A stretch of DNA of 64,000 nucleotides. Origin: Candidatus Multivoradales bacterium (GTDB lineage: Bacteria; Acidobacteriota; Thermoanaerobaculia; Multivoradales; Multivoraceae). How positions within the stretch are numbered: position 1 is the stretch's first letter; each line of letters starts with the position of its first letter. The notes below the pieces were generated by a model that ran no database searches, was not told where the DNA came from, and saw nothing but the letters and a program-made list of their open reading frames with translations. Below are positions 27,963 to 35,571 of this stretch, piece by piece. Both the position numbers and the translations under genes were made by a program. The DNA lies in contig CBDCWI010000001.1 of NCBI GenBank assembly GCA_965223325.1, positions 1,184,001 through 1,248,000 on the forward strand, given 5' to 3'.

Positions 27963-30881
27963 ATGAAGAACACTACCTACTGGCGTAAGGCAGCGATTTT
28001 CGTTGCCGCGCTCTTCCTCCTCTCCGGAGTGGCCTTCGCGCAGGCGACGGGCAACATCTTCGTTGAGGTCATGGACTCTGATGGCGGCGCGCTTCCGGGC
28101 GTCACCGTCGTCGTTTCCGGTATCGGCGCCGACAAGACGCAGATCACCGACGCAAACGGTACCGCTCGCTTCCTCAACCTCGATCCGGGCGCCTATGCCG
28201 TCACCGGCGAGCTAGAGGGCTTCGGTGCGGTCGACTTCCCCGGCGTTCAGGTCGGCGTTGGTCGTAACACCGAGATCAACCTCAGCATGAACCCGGCGGT
28301 CGAAGAAACCATCACGGTTACCTCCGAGACCCCGCTCCTGGATGAGCGCAAGCTCTCCTCAGGCACCAGCGTCACCCAGGTCGAGCTCGAGAAGATCCCG
28401 ACTGCCCGTGACCCGTGGTCGCTCCTGTCGCAGACGCCTGGCGTGCTCGTCGATCGCGTCAACGTCGGCGGTTCTGAGTCCGGTCAGCAGTCGACCTTCC
28501 GCGCCCAGGGCGTGTCGGGCAACCAGAACGACTTCCAGGTCGATGGTCAGTCGATCACCGATATGGCAGCCACCGGCGCCTCGCCGACCTACTACGACTT
28601 CGATCAGTTCGCCGAGATGTCCTTCACCACCGGTGGAACCGACGCCTCCAAGAACAGCGCCGGCGTCCAGGTCAACCTGGTCACCAAGCGCGGCACCAAC
28701 GAGTTCCGTGGCTCCGGCCGCTTCTACTCGACCAAGGCCGGTGGTTACTTCGGCGGCGGTCTCAAGCAGTCCCAGGCCGATCTCACCAGCGAGCTCTACG
28801 CTGGCAACCCGAACGGCGCCCAGACGTCGCTCGCCGGTGCGCAGATCCGCGACATCGAAGACATCGGCTTTGAGGCCGGTGGCGCCGCGGTGCGTGACCA
28901 CTTCTGGCTGTGGGGCTCATGGGGTCAGCAGGACATCAAGCAGAACGCTGCCTCTGGTTTCCCGGATGACACCATCCTCGAGAACACCTCGATCAAGGCC
29001 AACGCTCAGTTCAACGCCGCCAACTCTGGCGTTGCATCGTTCAACAACGGTGACAAGCTGAAGTTCGGTCGCGGTGCTGGCACCACACGTCCGCCCGCAA
29101 CCACCTGGAACCAGCGTGGTCCGTCGGCGATCTATCGCGCAGAAGACACTCACGTCTTCTCCTCGAGCTTCTTCGCCACCGGTACCTACTCGCATGGCGA
29201 CTTCGGTTTCGCTCTGGCTGCCAAGGGTCACCTGCCGAGCCAGAACGGCCTCGATCCGGCAGCGCTTGATCCGCAGTTCGTTGGTGGCTCCTGGCAGGAC
29301 AACTACCTGACCGGCGCCAGCTCGCGTCCCTACGACGAGTTCAAGGTCGACACCCAGTACTTCATGACCACCGGCAACGTGAACCACGAGTTCAAGATCG
29401 GTGGCCGCTACCGCGAGTTCGAACAGAACTCCGACTTCAACTGGGGTCCCCGTAAGACCTTCCATGCAGACTGGAACGACACCGTCTACCACCTCGGCGA
29501 TACCGGCTTCGCCAACGCCGAGTACAGCTCCATCTGGGCACAGGACACCATCGCGATTGGCAAGCTGACCTTGAACGCGGGTCTGCGTTACGACAACCAG
29601 ACGGGCGACAACGAGGCCTACACGCGAGCCGCCCATCCGACGCGCCCGGACATCATCCCGGCGACGACGTTCGGTGGTGGCGATGCCGGCTTCGACTGGC
29701 AGTCGATCCTGCCGCGCCTTGGTGCGACCTACGCTTTGGGCGCTGATCGCTCAACGCTCCTTCGCGCCAGCTTCTCGCAGTTTGCGGACCAGATGGCCAC
29801 CGGCATGGTGAACCGCCTGTCCCCGTTCGGCGACATCTACGCCTACACCTACTCGGACACCGGCGAGTTCTACGCAGCCAGGGGCTTCAACCCGAACAAC
29901 CTGGCCGAGGTTGTCAATCAGAACGACCCCGGAATGGACGCTCCGGTAACCACCGAGTTCCTGGTTGGGGTCGAGCATGCGATCCTGCCTGAGCTGGTCG
30001 TCGGCGCGCAGATCACCGCTCGTAATGTCACCGACATCCTGGACTTCCGGGATCTCATCGACGACGGCAGTGGTGTCCGCGCCGCGCGCGGCTGCGCCAA
30101 CCCCGACGCCAACATCGCCATCGGTGCGAACTGCGGCGACTACCAGGTTGTCCGCCACCTCACAGGCGACGTCCCACGCACCAACACCACCTACCAGGTG
30201 CCGGTCTGGGATCTAACCTCACCGTGGAACGGTGGCTTCCTGGCCACCAACGGCGACCGTGAGCGCGACTACCTCGGATACTCGGTGACCATCACCAAGC
30301 GCCTTGCCAACCGTTGGATGGCGCGTGGTTATGTCCAGATCGGCGAGGCCGAGTGGGACGTCCCGACGTCGTATCACGTCAACAACGACCCGAACCACTT
30401 CCGTGGCGGCGGTCAGCGTGACGGTGATCTCTACGTAACCCGCTCGACTGGCTCCGGCAAGGGCGAGCGCTTCCTCCAGTCGACCTGGTCGTACAACCTC
30501 AACGGTATGTATCAGGTGTCGCCGGATCGTCCGTGGGGCTTCAACATCTCCGCGAACCTCACCGGCCGCGAAGGTCATCCGCTGATGTACTACCACCGTT
30601 CGGGGATCCAGACTGGGTCGTCGACGAACTTCAACGTAGTGCAGGGCGACTTCGACAACCTCCGTTTGGACGACGTTGAAGTCATCGACCTGCGCCTCGA
30701 GAAGGAGTTCTCACTCACCGGTCCGGTCAACATGACCTTCGGTATTGACGTGTTCAACTTGACCAACGAGAACACGGGCCTGTCGTACATCCAGCGTGCG
30801 GCGCGGTCGAACTCGGGCAACCTGGACGACAACGTGTCGCCGCGGATCTACCGCCTCGGCGTGCGTCTCGCCTGGAAGTAG
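27963..30881 (+). CDS. TonB-dependent receptor (CarboxypepD_reg + plug + barrel, Oar-like), paralog 1
   Basis: Signal peptide, GALPGVTV, EETITVT, IPTARDPW, NLVTKRGTNEFRG, TLNAGLRYD, C-terminal RLGVRLAWK. Confidence 0.9.
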   Translation: MKNTTYWRKAAIFVAALFLLSGVAFAQATGNIFVEVMDSDGGALPGVTVVVSGIGADKTQITDANGTARFLNLDPGAYAVTGELEGFGAVDFPGVQVGVGRNTEINLSMNPAVEETITVTSETPLLDERKLSSGTSVTQVELEKIPTARDPWSLLSQTPGVLVDRVNVGGSESGQQSTFRAQGVSGNQNDFQVDGQSITDMAATGASPTYYDFDQFAEMSFTTGGTDASKNSAGVQVNLVTKRGTNEFRGSGRFYSTKAGGYFGGGLKQSQADLTSELYAGNPNGAQTSLAGAQIRDIEDIGFEAGGAAVRDHFWLWGSWGQQDIKQNAASGFPDDTILENTSIKANAQFNAANSGVASFNNGDKLKFGRGAGTTRPPATTWNQRGPSAIYRAEDTHVFSSSFFATGTYSHGDFGFALAAKGHLPSQNGLDPAALDPQFVGGSWQDNYLTGASSRPYDEFKVDTQYFMTTGNVNHEFKIGGRYREFEQNSDFNWGPRKTFHADWNDTVYHLGDTGFANAEYSSIWAQDTIAIGKLTLNAGLRYDNQTGDNEAYTRAAHPTRPDIIPATTFGGGDAGFDWQSILPRLGATYALGADRSTLLRASFSQFADQMATGMVNRLSPFGDIYAYTYSDTGEFYAARGFNPNNLAEVVNQNDPGMDAPVTTEFLVGVEHAILPELVVGAQITARNVTDILDFRDLIDDGSGVRAARGCANPDANIAIGANCGDYQVVRHLTGDVPRTNTTYQVPVWDLTSPWNGGFLATNGDRERDYLGYSVTITKRLANRWMARGYVQIGEAEWDVPTSYHVNNDPNHFRGGGQRDGDLYVTRSTGSGKGERFLQSTWSYNLNGMYQVSPDRPWGFNISANLTGREGHPLMYYHRSGIQTGSSTNFNVVQGDFDNLRLDDVEVIDLRLEKEFSLTGPVNMTFGIDVFNLTNENTGLSYIQRAARSNSGNLDDNVSPRIYRLGVRLAWK

Positions 30882-31186
30882 CTTCTGTGTGCTAGATAGC
30901 ACACAAGCTACTTCTGTCACCCCGGCAAGCGCAGCAAGCTGCGCGCCTCGGCTCGGAAACGAAGTTAGAGGCGAGTTGACGGGGAGACAGTAAGAAGATT
31001 GGGCCGGAGGGAAACCTCCGGCCCTTTTTCTTTCCCGAGTTCCTGTGGGCTGGAAGACACACAAGCTACTTCTGTCACCCCGGCAAGCGCAGCAAGCTGC
31101 GCCCTCGGCTCGGAACGAGGTTAGAGGGCGAGTAGACGGGGAGACACAGAAGATTGGGCCGGAGGGAACCTCCGGCCCTTTTTCTT
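30875..31186 (+). repeat. Array A: 2 copies of a ~155-nt structured unit, each ending in a terminator
   Basis: cacacaagctacttctgtcaccccggcaagcgcagcaagctgcgc...ggggagaca...gggccggaggga(a)acctccggcccttttt repeated twice. Confidence 0.88.
31001..31034 (+). terminator. Rho-independent terminator (sister copies at ~31156, ~34354, ~34508, ~38624, ~38775)
   Basis: GGGCCGGAGG-GAAA-CCTCCGGCCC followed by TTTTTCTTT. Confidence 0.85.
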
Positions 31187-31283
31187 ACTCGGGGAGTTCG
31201 CTGAGGTGCGCTCTATCATTACCATCGGAGCGTCGCTAGGTCCGAAGTCCTTCCTCGAAGCCATGAGACGGAGAACAACTCCC

Positions 31284-34238
31284 ATGACGAAGAGCTCCTG
31301 TCGCGATTGCGTCCTCAAACGGACGTTGGTCCTCATCAGTCTCATCGCGCTGGTATCGACCGCCGTCGTGTTCGGGCAGGCCACCGGCAACCTCTTCGTT
31401 GAGGTCACAGACAACGAGGGAGTCGCCCTTCCCGGCGTCTTGATCGTGGTCTCGGGTATCGGTGCGAGCAAAGCGCAGATCACCGACGCAAACGGTGCCG
31501 TTCGCATTCTCAACCTCGACCCGGGCGTTTACTCCGTCAGCGGAAAGCTAGCGGGCTTCGGAACGGTCGACCACCCCGGTGTACTGATCGGGGTTGGCCG
31601 GAACACTGCGATCAAACTGGTGCTCCAGCCGGCGGTAGATGAAACCATCACGGTCACATCAGAGACCCCACTGCTCGATGAGCGCAAGCTCTCCTCGGGC
31701 ACCAGCGTCACCCAGCTCGAGCTCGAAAAAATCCCCACCGCCCGAGACCCGTGGGCCCTCCTCTCGCAGACGCCCGGCGTCCTCGTCGACCGCGTCAATG
31801 TCGGGGGTTCGGAGTCCGGTCAACAGTCCTCGTTTCGCGCTCAGGGCGTCTCAGGCGCCGAAAACGACTTCCAGATCGATGGTCAGTCGATCACCGACAT
31901 GACAGCCACCGGGACATCGTCGACCTACTACGACTTCGACCAGTTTGCCGAGATGTCCTTCACCACTGGTGGAACCGATGCGTCCAAGAACACCGCCGGT
32001 GTCCAGATCAACCTGGTCACCAAGCGCGGTACCAACGAGTTTCGTGGATCGGCTCGCTTCTACTCGACCAGGCCCGACGGCTACTTCGGCGGCGGACTCA
32101 AGCAGTCGCAGGTCGATCTCACCAGCGAGCTCTACGCTCGCAACCCGTATGGCGCCCAGGCGTCGCTCGCCGGCACCCAGACTCGCGCCATCAAAGACAC
32201 AGGCTTCGAGGCCGGTGGCGCTCTAGTTCGCGACCACTTCTGGCTTTGGGGCTCCTGGGGTCAGCAGGACATCAAGCAGAACGCCGCCACCGGCTTTCCC
32301 GATGACACGATCCTCGAGAACACCGCAATCAAGGCCAACGCCCAGTGGAGCGCCGCCAACTCCGGCGTTGCATCGTTCAACAACGGCGACAAGCTGAAGT
32401 TCGGCCGTGGTGCCGGCACCACCCGTCCCGCTGCAACGACCTGGAACCAGCGCGGTCCGTCGGGGATCTACCGCGTCGAAGACACTCACATCTTCTCGTC
32501 GAGCCTGTTTGCCACCGGCACCTTCTCGCACCACGACCTTGGTTTCGAACTCGTCGCCCGCAGCCACCTGGCCGACGGAAACGGTCTGGATCCAGCGGCT
32601 CGCGACCCACGCTTCATCGGAGGTGCCTGGCAAGACAACTTCCTCTCCGGCGGCACGTCCCGTCCCGCTGATGAGTGGAAGGTCGACACCCAGTACTTCC
32701 TGACCACCGGCAAGATGAACCACGAGTTCAAGATCGGTGGCCGCTACCGCGAATTCGAGCAGAACTCCGACTTCAGCTGGGGTCCCCGCAAGACGTTCCA
32801 TACAGACTGGAACGACACCGTCTACCACCTCGGCGACACGGGTACCACGACCGCCAAGTACACCTCGATCTGGGCTCAGGACACTCTAGCGATCGGCCGG
32901 TTGACCCTCAACGCGGGCCTGCGCTACGACCACCAGACCGGCGACAATGAAAGCCACACACGCGCCGCGCATCCAACCCGTCCGGACATCTTTCCAGAGA
33001 CCACTTTCGGGGGTGGCGATGCCGGCATCGACTGGCGATCCATCCACCCTCGCCTCGGTGCGACCTGGGCCCCGGGTTCGAACCGGACGAGCCTGATCCG
33101 CGCCAGCTTCTCGCAGTTCGCCGACCAGATGGGAACCACGATGATCAACCGCCTGTCCCCGTTCGGCGACATCTATGCCTACACCAACAGCGGTACCGGT
33201 GAGTTCTATGCCGCCCGCGGCTTCAACCCGAACAACCCGGCAGAGGTCGTCAACCAAAACGATCGCGGCATGGACGCTCCAGTCACCACCGAGCTCCTGG
33301 TCGGGATCGAACATGCGATCCTGCCTGAGCTCGTTGTCGGCGCGCACGTCACCGCGCGCAACGTCTCCGACATTCTGGACTTCAGGGATCTCATCGACGA
33401 CGGCCATGGTGTTCGTGCCGCCCGCGGCTGCGCCAACCCCGGCGCCAGCACGGCGACAGGAGCCACCTGTGGTGACTACGAAGTCGTTGGGCATCTCGGC
33501 CCACGGCCCAACGGGACGAACTACGAGATTCCTCGGACCGGACAAACCTACGAGGTTCCGGTCTGGGACCTGACGTCCCCCTGGAACGGTGGCTTCCTGG
33601 CCACCAACGGTGACCGCGAGCGTGACTACCTCGGCTACTCGGTGACCATCACCAAGCGCCTCGCCAACCGTTGGATGGCACGTGGCTATGTCCAGATCGG
33701 TGAAGCCGAATGGGATGTCCCGACCTCCTGGCACCTCAACAACGACCCGAACCACTTCCGCGGTGGCGGCCAGCGCGACGGTGACCTCTACGTGACCCGC
33801 TCGCTGGCAGCCGGCAAAGGCGAACGCTTCCTCCAGTCGACCTGGACATACAACCTCAACGGCATGTACCAGATCGGCCCGGATCGCCCATGGGGCTTCA
33901 ACCTCTCCGCCAACCTCACGGGCCGCGAAGGGCATCCGCTGTTGTACTACCACCGCGCGGCGATCCAGACGAGTTCGTCAACGAACTTCAACGTCACGCA
34001 GGGCGACTTCGACAACCTTCGTCTGGACGACGTCGAAGTCATCGACCTGCGCGTCGAAAAGGAATTCTCCCTGGCCGGCCCGGTCAACCTGACCTTCGGT
34101 ATCGACGTGTTCAATCTGACCAACGAGAACACCGGCCTGTCGTACATCCTGCGCGCAGCACGGCCGAACTCCGGCAACCTCGCCGACAACGTCGCCCCGC
34201 GCGTTTTCCGCCTGGGCGTGCGCCTCGGCTGGAAGTAG
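31284..34238 (+). CDS. TonB-dependent receptor, paralog 2
   Basis: GGAG before ATG 31284. Colinear and highly similar to paralogs 1 and 3. Ends RLGVRLGWK. Confidence 0.88.
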   Translation: MTKSSCRDCVLKRTLVLISLIALVSTAVVFGQATGNLFVEVTDNEGVALPGVLIVVSGIGASKAQITDANGAVRILNLDPGVYSVSGKLAGFGTVDHPGVLIGVGRNTAIKLVLQPAVDETITVTSETPLLDERKLSSGTSVTQLELEKIPTARDPWALLSQTPGVLVDRVNVGGSESGQQSSFRAQGVSGAENDFQIDGQSITDMTATGTSSTYYDFDQFAEMSFTTGGTDASKNTAGVQINLVTKRGTNEFRGSARFYSTRPDGYFGGGLKQSQVDLTSELYARNPYGAQASLAGTQTRAIKDTGFEAGGALVRDHFWLWGSWGQQDIKQNAATGFPDDTILENTAIKANAQWSAANSGVASFNNGDKLKFGRGAGTTRPAATTWNQRGPSGIYRVEDTHIFSSSLFATGTFSHHDLGFELVARSHLADGNGLDPAARDPRFIGGAWQDNFLSGGTSRPADEWKVDTQYFLTTGKMNHEFKIGGRYREFEQNSDFSWGPRKTFHTDWNDTVYHLGDTGTTTAKYTSIWAQDTLAIGRLTLNAGLRYDHQTGDNESHTRAAHPTRPDIFPETTFGGGDAGIDWRSIHPRLGATWAPGSNRTSLIRASFSQFADQMGTTMINRLSPFGDIYAYTNSGTGEFYAARGFNPNNPAEVVNQNDRGMDAPVTTELLVGIEHAILPELVVGAHVTARNVSDILDFRDLIDDGHGVRAARGCANPGASTATGATCGDYEVVGHLGPRPNGTNYEIPRTGQTYEVPVWDLTSPWNGGFLATNGDRERDYLGYSVTITKRLANRWMARGYVQIGEAEWDVPTSWHLNNDPNHFRGGGQRDGDLYVTRSLAAGKGERFLQSTWTYNLNGMYQIGPDRPWGFNLSANLTGREGHPLLYYHRAAIQTSSSTNFNVTQGDFDNLRLDDVEVIDLRVEKEFSLAGPVNLTFGIDVFNLTNENTGLSYILRAARPNSGNLADNVAPRVFRLGVRLGWK

Positions 34239-34650
34239 TTCTTGTGTGCTGGATAGCACACGAACTACTTCTGTCACCCCGCGAAGCGCAGCAAGCTGCG
34301 CCGCTCGACTCGGAACGGAGTCCCGAGCCGGATGGCGGAAGGCAGTAACGATTGGCCCGGGGGGAACCTCCGGCCCCTTTCCTTTTTCGTGCTTGCGCCC
34401 CTTGGCCTCTTGTGTGCCTACTTCTGTCACCCCGCGAAGCGCAGCAAGCTGCGCCGCTCGACTCGGAACGGAGTCCGAGCGGGATGGCCGAAGACAGTAG
34501 AACGATTGGGCCGGAGGGAAACCTCCGGCCCTCTTCTTCTTGTGCTTGCGCCCCTTGGGCTTTTGTGTACCGAATAGCACACAGCTACTTCTACTTCGAA
34601 CACCCCCCGGCCGCAGTGCGGGCAGTGGCCAAGCGCAGCAAGCTGCGCCG
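34232..34650 (+). repeat. Array B: 2 copies (period ~153) plus a fragmented third copy of the structured unit
   Basis: ctacttctgtcaccccgcgaagcgcagcaagctgcgccgctcgactcggaacggagtc at 34265 and 34418. Remnants at ~34575-34650. Confidence 0.85.
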
Positions 34651-34814
34651 TTCAGCTCGAAGCGCCGCTCGGAGCCAGGAGTCGCACTCCATGCCTCATT
34701 CCCAGAGTCACTACTCCGCGCAAGTCGCCGAAGGCGCGCGCATGAAAGCGCGACGTGCGAAGCACGAGCGCGCGCCCCCCTCACCCCACCGGCCTTCGGG
34801 ACCTCGATCCGAGA

Positions 34815-35096
34815 GGGCTGCTGGTGACGGGACGGGTGCCCGGAGCAGTCAGGCGGGAAAGGCGCAGGATCCAGCTTGGGCAGTCTCGGGACGTGGGGCG
34901 GATCAGGGCGGGCAGCTGTTTGAGCGGAACCCAGTCCCAGTTTCCCCAAAGGCCAGAGGACAGCCGGTCGCTCCAGCCACCACGACACCCGATCGAGGTC
35001 GAGCGAGTTCTGCCCGACCCCGCCCCGCGTCTCGAGAATGCCCTAGCTGGATGCGCCGGCCGTCGCTCCGGGCACCCGTCCCGTCACCAGCAGCCC
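34815..35096. repeat. ~280-bp fold-back element (MITE/REPIN-like) with 32-bp perfect terminal inverted repeats
   Basis: gggctgctggtgacgggacgggtgcccggagc (34815-34846) is the exact reverse complement of 35065-35096. The inner arms 34861-34915 and 35005-35057 pair imperfectly. Confidence 0.8.
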
Positions 35097-35142
35097 GGCG
35101 CAGTCCACAGACTTCCCCAACCAGCACACCCACCCGAGCCAC

Positions 35143-35211
35143 GAACCAACCAACAACCGACAACCGACAACCGACAACCGACAACCGATAACCGATAACC
35201 GATAAAAACCG
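35143..35211. repeat. Heptamer tandem repeat (CAACCGA)n/(TAACCGA)n
   Basis: caaccga caaccga caaccga caaccga caaccga taaccga taaccga, read directly. Confidence 0.85.
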
Positions 35212-35386
35212 CCAAGCAACCCAGAACCGTCCAACTCTTTGAAGACGACTCGGACTTTTGAACGCGTCCCGAAGCCGCTTATCCCATGTTCATCCCTGAT
35301 CCGCAGCACCTCTTATCCCATTTTTGTCCCTTGGCCCCCAAGCACTCGTCAAGAGCCCATCCCTGACCCATCAGCGATGCACTTCG

Positions 35387-35402
35387 TGGCACATTCCGTG
35401 CT
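35387..35402 (+). promoter_or_regulatory. Sigma-54 (-24/-12) promoter of TonB receptor 3
   Basis: TGGCACATTCCGTGCT = GG-N10-GC, preceded by TTCG exactly as in the promoter of paralog 1, about 170 nt before ATG 35572. Confidence 0.65.
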
Positions 35403-35571
35403 CCTTCGTCCCTTCAAGTAACCGTGGGCCCAGTCGCTCATCCCAGAGTGACCAGCGACCCAAACATGGAAGTTCGTCCCCTTTTTGTCCCATCGACACC
35501 ATTCGGTTCGCGGGGGTAAACAAACGGGCAGACGATCTTCTCCAACCCTTGAAGGGGAGAAACGCACAATC

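Noticed and set aside
33978-35198. ORFs of 279-336 aa spanning the receptor 2-3 intergenic region
   Set aside because: They translate repeats, terminators and the heptamer tract (PTTDNRQ repeats), which are typical spurious ORFs in GC-rich DNA.
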